A stretch of 64,000 nucleotides of DNA, taken from NCBI GenBank assembly GCA_043228905.1, contig JBHGNT010000013.1:6200001-6264000 (forward strand). The letters run 5' to 3'. The DNA is from Azolla caroliniana. Taxonomy: Eukaryota; Plantae; Polypodiophyta. Positions 1-10,654 of the stretch are shown here, in pieces. The notes under the pieces were generated by a model. That model did not search any database. It worked only from the letters and a program-made list of their open reading frames with translations, and was not told the DNA's origin. Numbering within the stretch: position 1 is the stretch's first letter; each line of letters begins with the position of its first letter. The translations under genes were made by a program, and so were the position numbers.

Positions 1-618
1 GGTAATGCTGACGGAAACCGCGATCGCAACATGGACAGTGCTACCGTGGAAGGAAGAGATGAGCCGGGAAGAACTACTAGCGGTCCGGATACGACAACTA
101 GAGGGGAGACCGGCAGACATAGCGGAAGCAATACGCCATCAACAAGAAGCAAGATTAAGGAACAAAAGCCGGTTCGACACAAAGCACCGACTACGACCAA
201 GGAGGATTGAAGAAGGAGACTGGGTGATCGTCTATGACAGTAGTTTGGACCATCAACATACAACGATGCGGAAATTCGCGAAAAGGTGGTTCGGGCCATA
301 CGAGGTTCAGAAAGTCTTCGACAACGGAACGTACCGACTGTCCGAGTTGGATGGAACAATACTACGAGTGCCTATAGCCGGGAAGCGGGTGAAGTTTTTC
401 AAGAAGCGGACCGACGATAAACCCTATGTGATCCAAGCCAAGGCCGACAATGAGGAGCAATCGGACGAAGACCACAGTGATGCGGGAAGCGAAGAAAGTG
501 AATTACAACTCATAGTCGACATAAGGGGAGAATCGGAGGAAGCTTTGGGTGAAGACGGATATGGGGAATCGAGAACTTCGGCATATACCGGAGGATGTGC
601 GGGTTCGGAGGGGGCGAG
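1..618 (+). mobile_element. Ty3/gypsy (non-chromovirus, Phygy-like) integrase C-terminal region, 5'-truncated by the window edge
   Basis: ORF 5..661 has a GPY/F motif (KFAKRWFGPYEVQKVFDNGTYRLSELDG) and no chromodomain. A polypurine tract GGAGGGGGCGAG lies just before 619. Confidence 0.85.
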
Positions 619-1324
619 TGTCGTAGTGTATTCCACACACTACGTGAAAACCATAAAATAATATATCCGATTTTAGATACATATAAATAAATAAATAATA
701 TATCAAAAGAATTTATCACGTGCATAGGGCAGGATTCAAACCATGCACCTCCACGTAGATAAACCCTAACTTTACCATTGTAATAACTTATCTTTAGTGT
801 TATAAATATAGATTTAATACGTATAAGACCTTTATTTACACATACCTTTATTAAAGGGTAAAAATCATGTATTCTTTAGAGTGTGAATATTTTATTTACA
901 CGTGACATTAAAAGTGACTCATGCACATCTAGCGTGCATGAGCCCTATATTTAGGAAATGACAAAGCATCACATGCACATTTAGTGTGCATGGACACTTT
1001 AGGTGAAAAAGCATGAAGCCATGCTTAGCCTCTTCCATCTTTATATAAGGAGGAGAGAAATATGTATAAGGTTGTTGATTAATATAGAAGAATTGATCAA
1101 TCTAATATATTCGTGGGATTCACGAATTTTGCCATCTAAATTACTCTTATAATCTAAATATTGTTTTAAAATACACTAAACTCATGGGATTCACGAGATT
1201 GCTATCTTACTTCTCTTCCTATTATTCATAACTAGCCTTAAGTTGTATTCCTCTTCCTCCTAGTCCAAAACCTCGGCGGTTCCCACCCGACTCACGCAAC
1301 GATCCAGAGCCGAAAGGCACGACA
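619..1324 (+). repeat. 3' LTR of the gypsy element
   Basis: Starts TGTCGT right after the PPT and ends ACGACA (6-bp terminal inverted repeat). Copia gag sequence begins at 1325. Confidence 0.8.
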
Positions 1325-2090
1325 CCGCGATTGTCGCCGTTCCCTTCCGGTCCGGTTCCCTTCGGGCTTTACCGTTCCGGTCCGGTGTCCGCTTTGAATC
1401 GGTACCGTCGGTTTCCTTGTCTTTTCGGATGTGCCGATAGTTCTTCTAGAAGTGTCCCGGCTTGCCGCAATAGAAGCAAGTAGGCCTCCCCCTTGACTTT
1501 GACTGTGTCCCCGACTTTTCCCGGTTTTGGGGACTACGGTTCCTTTGTCTTCCGCGTTCTGATTCGGTAAGGAGCGCTTTGGAGTCGGAGCTCGTGTGCT
1601 TGTCTTTCTGATGCGCCTCCTCATCTAGCAAGCTCGACTTCACTCTTGCTAGGGATAACCGTTTCCCTTTCGGCCCGGCGTTGCCCAAAGTGACAACCAA
1701 CGTCTCCCAGCTATCTAGGAGGGAACCGAGCTGGAGTAGTGCTAGTACCTCATCGGCGAGAGGTATTTCCAATGATGTTGCCTAGTGGATCAGCCCCTGG
1801 AAGGCATTCATGTGCTCTGGCATGCTGGAGCCATCTTGGTACCGGAGACTTACTAGCTTCCGAAATACCGAAACCTAATTAACAACATTTTTGTTCTGAA
1901 ACATAATGCTGATCTTCTCCGAAAGCTCATGAGCCTTGCTCTCTTCATTGAAGTGGGCTCTGAGAAATATATCTACATATATGTCCCTTCATCCGGTGAG
2001 AGGTTCTCACCAGGCCTGCATCATCCGGTTCTCACCGGGTCTTCCGATACCGGGCCTTCGTATCCCATCCGGAGGGACCAAGATCCTAAC
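1325..2090 (-). mobile_element. Ty1/copia (family A, Tnt1/Tork-like) fragment: 5' LTR start plus gag, internally deleted
   Basis: Minus-strand gag with zinc knuckle (TCFYCGKPGH) homologous to 36494-37099. About 1955-2090 is the reverse complement of a family-A LTR start (TGTTAGGATCTTGGTCCCTCCGGATGGGAT). Confidence 0.75.
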
Positions 2091-2114
2091 AGGAAGGAGA
2101 AAGAAACCGGCACT

Positions 2115-2490
2115 ACCGATTCGAAGAAGAGTTCGGACCAGATCGGAAAGGAACGTCGGGAATCATGACAAGTGAAGAAGAACTGGTGCTCATTACCGAA
2201 GAGAATGAGTTAAACCTTGTCGGCGGCGAGATAACGTGGGTTGTGAATTCTGGAGCGTCGTTCCACCTGACACTGAACTGGAGATGCTTCTCATTCTACA
2301 CAACCGATTCGAAGAAGAGTTCGGACCAGATCGGAAAGGAACGTCGGGAATCATGACAAGTGAAGAAGAACTGGTGCTCATTACCGAAGAGAATGAGTTA
2401 AACCTTGTCGGCGGCGAGATAACGTGGGTTGTGAATTCCGGAGCGTCGTTCCACCTGACACTGAACTGGAGATGCTTCTCATTCTACACA
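2115..2490 (+). repeat. 188-bp direct tandem duplication inside copia gag/protease
   Basis: 2115-2302 is repeated at 2303-2490, nearly identical, with ACCG microhomology at the junctions. Confidence 0.9.
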
Positions 2491-5400
2491 ACCGGTGATC
2501 ATGGTTGTGTCTGGATAGGGAATGAAGGGACATGCCGATTTATCGGCATATGAGATGTGTTGTTGATGACATCAACCGGATGCAAATTGCTGCTGAAGGA
2601 TGTCCGACACGTTTCGGAGGTTGGACTGAACCTGATATCAGCCAGTCGGCTACATGATGAAGCCTACACGGGTAGCATCAGGAACAATGTTATGAAATTT
2701 AGCAAGGGAATCTTGATAGTGGCTTGAGCCCGGAAGATCAATACATTGTACTTGATGAATTTCTGGATATGCCGGGAAGAAGTGAACATAGCATCCAACA
2801 CTGCCGGTGAACTGTGGCACAAAAGACTGTGTCACATGAGTGAGAAGGGGATAAAGAGGCTTGCCGAAGACAACCTCATTATGGTGAAGGATGTGCAACT
2901 TGAGAAGTGCATAGATTGCTTGGCCGACAAGCAAAACCGAACATCCTTCCGGTTAAGACCACCGATGAGACGGAATGCACCACTGGAGCTGGTGCATACC
3001 GATGTGTGTCAAGTGGACACAAAGTCACATGCCAGATCGCAGTACTTCGTGACATTCATAGATGACCATAGCTAGAAGTTGTGGGTCTCACCATTGAAGG
3101 CGAAGGATCAGGTGCTATCCGTCTTCAAGGAGCTCCACACGAGAATGGAAAGAGAAACCGGCCGGAAGCTAAAGGCAGTTCGAGTAGATAACGGAGGAGA
3201 ATACCGGGGGCAATTCGAGGAGAACTGCCGGTCGAAGGGAATCCGGCTCGAGTTTACTGTGCCGAAGACGCCGTAACTAACGGGTTGGCCGAAAGAATGA
3301 ACCGGACCATGATGGAGAGAGTCTGGAGCATGCAAGAACATGCAAAGTTACCCAAGACATTTTGGGCTTAGGCGCTGACGACAACGACCTATGTGATAAA
3401 TAGATCACCCTTAGCACCCTTGGAAGGAGACTCACCTCAGAAAGTATGGACTGGTAAAGATGTATCTTACCGGCATTTGAAAGTGTTCGAGTGTCTCACA
3501 TATGTGCTTGTTGCAAAGGACAAGAGAACAAAGCTGGATCCGAAGTCCAAGCCATGCATATTCCTTGGATATGGCAATGATGAGTTCGGTTACTAGGTGT
3601 GGGATTTGGTCGACAAGAAGGTGTTCCGGAGTCAGGACATAGTCTTCATGGAAGACAAGACCATTGCCGACTGGGAGTCGGAGAAGAAGGTGATGAACTC
3701 TGGATCATTCAATGAAAACCAGCTCGAGGACACAAGGACTTACCCGGTTGAAAACCGGACGCTAGCCGGTAGCCGGATGACACTCAACGAACCGGCCGGA
3801 TACAGACAAGAAACTGAACCGACCGAAGAAGAAGAAGAAGACACCAAAACCGGACAAGATCCCGAATCGGATTCAGATTCGGATTCAGGAAAAACGGAGG
3901 AACCAACAGTCAGAAACCAGGGACAGAGATATCCTTTCCGAGAGAGAAGAGACCCCCGGAGATTTCCGGATGCAGAGCATGTGTTGCTAACCGATGAGGG
4001 GGAGCTGAAAAGCTTCGAAGAAGCAAAGAGAGACACCCACAACCACAAGTGGTTGAGTGCCATGCAGGATGAGATGGATTCCCTGCATGAGAACCACACA
4101 AATGAACTGATGGAGTTGCCGAAAGGGAAGAAAGCACTCCAGAATAAGTGGGTGTAAAAGTTGAAACTGGGAGATGCTGGAAATCCACCCAGGTATAAGG
4201 CCCGAATCGTGGTGAAGATCTTCCAACAGAAGAAAGGAGTGGATTTCAATGAGATCTTTGTCCCGGTAGTAAAGATGACATCCATCCGGACGGTATTGGG
4301 CATAGCGGCAAGCATGGACCTCAAGGTAGAGCAGCTGGACGTGAAGACGACATTCCTCCATGGTGACCTCGAAGAGGAGATCTACATGCATCAACCGGAA
4401 GGATTTCAGAAGAAAGGGAAGGAGCACTTGTTGTGCCGACTGAAGAAGAGCTTATACGGATTGAAGCAAGCTCCCCGGTAATGGTATCGGAAGTTCAACT
4501 CCTTCATGACTGACCAAGGGTACCAAAAGACGCAGGCCGATTATTGCGTGTTTGTGAAGAAATTTGATGGAGGAGATTTCCTGATACTCCTCATGTATGT
4601 GGATGATATGCTGATCATCGGACCTTCTCAATTATTGCCTTGGTCTCCTCATGTATGAGGAGACCAAGGCAAGATTCAGATGCTGAAGAAGGCTCTAAAC
4701 CGGACCTTCTCAATGAAAGACTTGGGGCCGGCAAGAAAAATATTGGGAATGCACATCATTCGGGACCGGTTGAAGAAGCTATTGTGGTTGTCACAAGAGA
4801 AGTATGTGACAAAGTTGCTTCAAAGGTTCAACATGTCGAAGGCGAAACTAGTCGGATCGACACTTCCAGCAAACTGCAAGCTATTCGGGAAACAAAGCCC
4901 GAGGACAAGGGCGAAGAAGACGAATATGATGAAGATACCATATGCTTCTACTGTCGGGAGCTTGATGTACGCAATGGTATGTACCCGGCCGGATATCAGA
5001 TATGCAACCGGAGTGGTGAGCTGGCTCATGAGTAATCCCGACAAAGAACATTGGAATGCGGTTAAGTGGATACTCTGGTATTTGAAAGGCACCTCGAGTA
5101 TGTGCCACCGGTTTGGCTCTGGAAAACCCCAACTTGATGGATTCACGGATTCGGATATGTCGGCTGATGTGGATACCAGCCGGTCTACATCTGGATATGT
5201 CATGACTTATACAGGGGGAGCTGTTTCATGGCAGTCAATGTTGCAGAAGACGGTTGCATTATCAACCGTAAGAAAATAATCTAGATGAAGGACTTCATTG
5301 GAGAACTAGGAATCCAACAAGAGGAATACCGGCTCTAATGCGACAGTCAAAGTGCCATCCACCTTGCAAAGAATGCGGCCAACCATTCTCAGACGAAACA

Positions 5401-5585
5401 TATCCAACGGAGGTACCACTGGATCCAGGACAGAGTAGAAGATCAGGAGTTCGTGCTGACGAAGATCCACACAGAGGAGAACGGGTTGGACGTGCTGACC
5501 AAGGTCCTGACAATCGACAAGTTGGACACATGCCAAAAGCGGATCGGGCTGACAAGATATCCCATGCCGTAGTGAAGGGGGAGAT

Positions 5586-6109
5586 TGTTGAGAAATCGGT
5601 CTCTCCGGATGGGATCCGGTGATGAATAAAGAGCCCCCAATGAGAACCAGAAACTAGAGGAGACGCGATGAGAACCGGAAGAGATCCGGAAACCGAGAAG
5701 ACATATCTGTAAATATGTTTTGAGTAAGCATATTGAGGCTATTTTTGTAAACAGCCATAAGTTCATATAAATATAATATGACTTAGGGCAATCACATTGT
5801 ATATGTAGTTGTCATACTGTTGTAACTGTACAGAGAGCGAGAGAGAGAGAGAGAGAGTAGCTACGAGCACTCTCTGTTGTAACCGTTGTCTGGCGAAGAT
5901 CGCGAGCACGAGGTCATTGTCTTTGTGCCTCCACTTTGTATTTCCTCTCATATAGTGATAGTTGGAGTCCATGGGCTCCCGTGGTTTTTCCCTATTAGGA
6001 TTTTCCACATAAACATCCTGTGTCATTTCTATGTACTCTCTTGTTCTTTCCCATTTCTGTGATCCAAGACTCGATTGTGGTCGAGCGATATTCCGCGCTA
6101 TTCCTCTCA
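5586..6109 (+). repeat. 3' LTR of copia family A
   Basis: TGTTGAG...CTCTCA, homologous to the reverse complement of 37406-37954. Confidence 0.85.
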
Positions 6110-6349
6110 AGCTCATCATGTCTAAGCTAGCTAGGGAAGCCCAAGTGCAATTGGTGTACTTCATCAATGCCCCACTCTAGACACCAATGTTGAGCACCAT
6201 AGCCCTTCACTCACCACCACCATTAGAGTAGTCAAAGCTCTTTATAATTGTTAAATCATCTATATAGCATTGTTTATTGTCAAGTGACATTGTGCATTAG
6301 GATAAGTTTATTATTCAAGATAGGCTCTAACATGTATCGATGTGTACGG

Positions 6350-7782
6350 TGTCGTGTGAATCTGCACACACTATGTAAAAAAATAATGAAATAACTATTT
6401 TAGATTAGATTAGTAGCTTGTTATAAAAATATGGATGTACTCAAGAGTTTCAAAACGCATTTTACTACATACAAAATAGACAACTACATATCAAGTTAGG
6501 TGGACATGAAGCTTGAGAAGGTAGGGAAAATAGAATTTTGAAGTATCCCACATAGATAGGAACCTTAAGGCCTTGGCTATATAAGCACATTGCGATCCCT
6601 CATTTTTCGTCTGTGCTAAGAGCACTTTGGCCACTTTGTCTAGATGAATGAATGTGGCTAAGTTCCCAAAAACCGACTGGTAATAAAATGGAACCGGAAC
6701 CGGCCGATAAGCAAACCGGAACTAGCCGGAAAGCAAACCGGAACCGGTTGGTAAGCTATCCGGAATTGGCCGGAAAGCAAACCGGAATCGGTCGGTAAGC
6801 AATCCGGAACCAGCCAGAAAGTAAACCGGAACCGGTCGGTAAGCAATCCAGAACCAGTTGGTAAGCAAATCGGAACCGAGCAGAAAGCAAACCGGAACCG
6901 GCCGGAAAGCAAACCGGAACCGGCCGGAAAACAAACTGGAACCGGCCGGTAAGCAATCCGGAACCGGTTGGTAAGCAAACAGGAAGCGGTCGATAAGCAA
7001 AACGGAACCGGCCAGAAAGCAAACCGGAATCGGCCGAAATCGGATGGTGTCGGAAACCGGGCGGATCCGACAACTGGCGACCGGACGAGGCTGGACGTGG
7101 ACTGGACGGATTGGAGACGGACAGATGATAGGATCATGTGGCTAATTAAAGTAAAGTAAAGAAAAGTAAAGAAAAGGTCATGTGGACGGTCGCATGCAAC
7201 TAAAAGAAAAAGCCATGCAACTAAAAGAAAAAGGCATGCAACTAAAAATAGATGCAACTAAAAGTAGAGGCCATGCAACTAAAAGTGGGGAGGCAAAGTA
7301 ACCTGGGGAGGAGGATCAACGGAGAACGATAGATTATTCCATTCTCTCTCCATATTTTTTATTTTTCTTTTCCTTCTTAGCTCTCTTATCTTATCGAAGC
7401 CATATCTCTCATAAACCCTAATCTCCTTATGAAAACCAGAAAACCCTAATTTTCCCTACGGAAGCCAAAAACCCTAATTTTCCATACGGAAGCTATTGAA
7501 CTCATAAACCATAATCTCTTATCAAAGCCAAAAACCCTAAATTTCTATTGAATCCATATTTAGTTCTTCTAATCTATTATTCTAGTAATCTCCATAAGCT
7601 AAACTTTTGTAATCCCAATCTTGGGATTGATTGTAATCTTTCTTTCTATTTGTTAATGAAATTTGTCAATCTTTCTTATTTCTATTAATTGTTTAATATA
7701 AACATACAAATCTGATATCCTCTAGTCGGAGGCCCTAGGGTCTTGCCTCAAGTTCACGTATCCTTGTCGTATTTTCGCAACA
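6350..7782 (+). mobile_element. Probable solo LTR (gypsy, TGTCGT-type) with 4-bp TSD ACGG
   Basis: TGTCGTG...CGCAACA flanked by ACGG at 6346-6349 and 7783-7786. The start resembles the LTRs at 619 and 46899. Confidence 0.6.
6669..7065 (+). repeat. ~22-bp minisatellite (AACCGGAACCGGCCGGAAAGCA-like) inside the solo LTR
   Basis: Visible degenerate tandem array rich in CCGG. A second ~20-bp array (CATGCAACTAAAAG) lies at about 7192-7286. Confidence 0.85.
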
Positions 7783-7859
7783 ACGGTTTCCCCATTCCGC
7801 GAAGAATATGGCTTTGTGGTTAGGTGCAACATGTGTAATATAATGTGTGAAGCGTGAGC

Positions 7860-8509
7860 CTCCACATTTTTACCATGTCATGATACATTGGCGTTGCAAA
7901 AAGGCCTCATTTACAGAGGAATCTAGTGATGCATCATGAAGCAAATGTGTTGCATCCTATCTATCGAACCACTTTTTCATATCTCCCATCTAACCGAAAC
8001 ACAAAATTTTGATTTTATGCATCTTTTGGATCTTGCATCCAACCAGAACACAAAATTCTAGGAAGTTGATGTGAGGGACTTTTTTGAACCTTAAGCATGT
8101 ATTCAAAAACCCTTTCCATGGCCCCAACATCTCAATGGGAAGTGATCCCGTCCCGAGGAGGAGGATGTATGATGTTTGTTTCTTAACTTGTAGAAACTTT
8201 GTAAGAAAATGTTTTTGGACATTTTCAAACTCTTTCCAAGTAGATTTAGGGCTGCTACCACCCCATACTTCCACCTCATAGAGATGCACCAGTGTCACCA
8301 AAGTGTCGAAACGGTATTTCTTGAGGACTCAACACTTAATATCTCCACGATTGCATGTGTTCTCAAATGTATAATATCTTCGCTTTCCCACCTCTAAGCG
8401 ATGTGTAGTGCATTCATTCCATTTATGATTTGAAGGAACTTAAAGGCCAAGATATTTGAAGCTTTCCACACATTTAAGTGGCTCCTTATTGTACATAATA
8501 CATGCATGG
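7860..8509 (-). pseudogene. Non-LTR retrotransposon (LINE) ORF2, 3' part, degenerate
   Basis: Remnants of post-RT LINE motifs (FKYLG-like; YEVEVWG...FENVQKHFL...GSLPIE). Continues at 15529 across the gypsy TSD. Left limit approximate. Confidence 0.7.
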
Positions 8510-8964
8510 TGTTATGGGCATGACCATATGATATCCCGTGGTAAGAATTTACCGTAGTATTCTATACACGTGGATAAGTGTGAGGGTTAAACGAGAGTGT
8601 AAAGAAGGGGAGGATTACTTTTAATCCTCGGGATTGAGACAACCCATTAGGTCAAGTGTGAACTTGCCTGGGGGCCTTGGGTATCGCTAAAAATAAGAGG
8701 CCTAGCTACCCTCATTTGAGGATCTTTTGACTACATCGAGACTCTACTCGTGTGGTGGGTCAACTCTTGTAGCGAGCGCGCCAGCACCAGGTACGACTCG
8801 ACGCCACGGCGGTGGTATGGGACGCCGATCGAGGCTCGAGTCCGTCTCAATCCCTTCGCTCGGGGGTGGTCGGGTGGATCGGCACCCTTCTTTCTCTTTC
8901 TCCTTTCTATCTTTCATTTCTTTATCCTTATCTTAAGCTTACATTAGTACTAAGATCTATAATA
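8510..8964 (+). repeat. 5' LTR of B1
   Basis: Direct repeat of 15074-15528. Confidence 0.95.
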
Positions 8965-8966
8965 TT

Positions 8967-8976
8967 TGGTATCAGA
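8967..8976 (+). promoter_or_regulatory. Primer binding site (tRNA-iMet type)
   Basis: TGGTATCAGA 2 nt after the LTR. Confidence 0.85.
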
Positions 8977-10654
8977 TTTTTGTACTAATGTTTCTTTGTT
9001 TTTCATTTGTCTTTTGATTGATGCTGATCGATCGTTGTGCGGTTGGCCTTGATCCAGACAACGATCAACAAAGAACTTCGGTAACTCTTTCCATAATTTT
9101 TCTTTCTATTCTCTCTTCTCCCATCTAATCATGTGTTTAGTTTATATGTAATTTTTTTTCATTAAGTCAATGATGTTGTAGTGGTCTTTAATTGATTATC
9201 TAAAACGTTTACATATGTGCACGAGGTCAATACCTCGTTTGACATATTAATAATATGTGATGAGTGTCGTATGTGTACGAGGTTAATACCTCAATTACGT
9301 ATTACTTTCACGAACATATGTTACGTTTGCGTATGAGTTTAATACCTTGATTTGTTGTAAACGATATGCGGTTGGTCTCGTATGCGTAAGAGGTCAATAC
9401 CTCAATTGCGTATTACGATGATCTCTTATTTGTGGATGTTTCGTGTGCGTAGAGGTATATACCTCGATTACGTATCTCGATCACATCATTTGTGGCTATT
9501 TAATATAACGATATGTTTAATATAGGCATATGTGGTCACATATATACGTATTTGATCGTATATATGTGAAAATTAAACATATGTGTATATTCGTTATTAC
9601 ATGATTATGTCGAAAGTTGTCATGGTCGGGAAAAGGATGTTGGTGGCCGTCCTCACATTTTTGTGAGAATGGCGTTGTCACCATCCCTTTTTCAACAATT
9701 TTTTATTGTTGATAACCCCGTTGATGACCTCGATTTCGTTACGTAAAGAAACGCCAATAGCCATAATGATGTTGAGTACGTAGGGCTTGACCCACTTCAA
9801 GTGAGGTCGCTCCAATGACGCACGTATCCAACATCCCTCCCTCGTTACATGGATACGATGCCACTATGAGCTCGTTCTTACGAGAGGCATTCGTAATGAC
9901 GTGACCATGTGATGGCCCACGTGAGCCTACTACGAAACAAGGGCTCATTTGGCTTCACCATTAGGTTGCACTTTGGCGTATGCCATCGTAATTACGAGAC
10001 TTGAGGATAGGTAACGTACCAACATAGTTTTGGTAAATGAGTGCGAAATAAGGACCCTTGACATATATGTTCTTTGAAAAAAGACATATATGATCAATTG
10101 CCTCGCATATCTCTTATACGCATCAAACATTAAGCATTCGAGAAGAGCAACTTACTTGGTTGGCTCAAGTGTTTAATGTATTTGTTCTCGAGGTCTCGAG
10201 TTCAAATATGACCAAGACCATACAACATCCTTGATACATATGACTATAACACATGTTTAGACTTAAGGTCTAAGTGCACCTCGGGGTCCTCGTAATAGGA
10301 CTTAAAGAGCCGAAACCACATGTGTGGGCACCGAAACATAGTTTATTAGTAACATTTTTTTCGTGTATAAACAATTCATGACACGAACATACATGGTTGA
10401 GCCTCGGGGAGCCACCATGAAAAAATAGATATAGAGATCAGGGAGAGACATTTATTTGTCACCCCCATGGTTTTTAAAACACCTTTGTGTTACCATAGTA
10501 ACCTGATCTTGAACCTCATCTCATACGTCTAGAGGGGTATTGACGTGAGATAATGATATCGATTAATGCTCGCCCATGATATGTTTACATCACGACATGA
10601 TGTTATGACTATATCTCTGACCCTATCCTATTTCTTTTCCAGAAATATTCTTTA

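Larger units (their letters stand above)
2091..6109 (+). mobile_element. Ty1/copia (family A) degenerate element: gag end, protease, integrase, RT, RNase H, 3' LTR
   Basis: Motifs WVVNSGASFH, LWHKRLCHMS, LELVHTDV, RVDNGGEY, QLDVKTTFLHG, LKKSLYGLKQAPR and FTDSDM occur in copia order with many stops and frameshifts. PPT GAAGGGGGAGAT precedes 5586. Confidence 0.92.

Noticed and set aside
1325-2090. Internal inversion of the copia at 2091-6109
   Set aside because: The minus segment overlaps the same gag region with a diverged sequence and has its own LTR start, so it is a separate nested copy.
6658-7257. ORFs of 92-199 aa
   Set aside because: By-products of a stop-poor minisatellite, open in several frames.
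7412-7540. Interstitial telomere
   Set aside because: AAACCCTAA motifs are isolated and not tandem.
9210-9482. CRISPR array
   Set aside because: Repeats are degenerate, lie in a plant retrotransposon leader and have no cas genes nearby. Kept only as a hairpin array.
10155-10220. Functional tRNA gene
   Set aside because: Only 66 nt, with no convincing anticodon or T stem.
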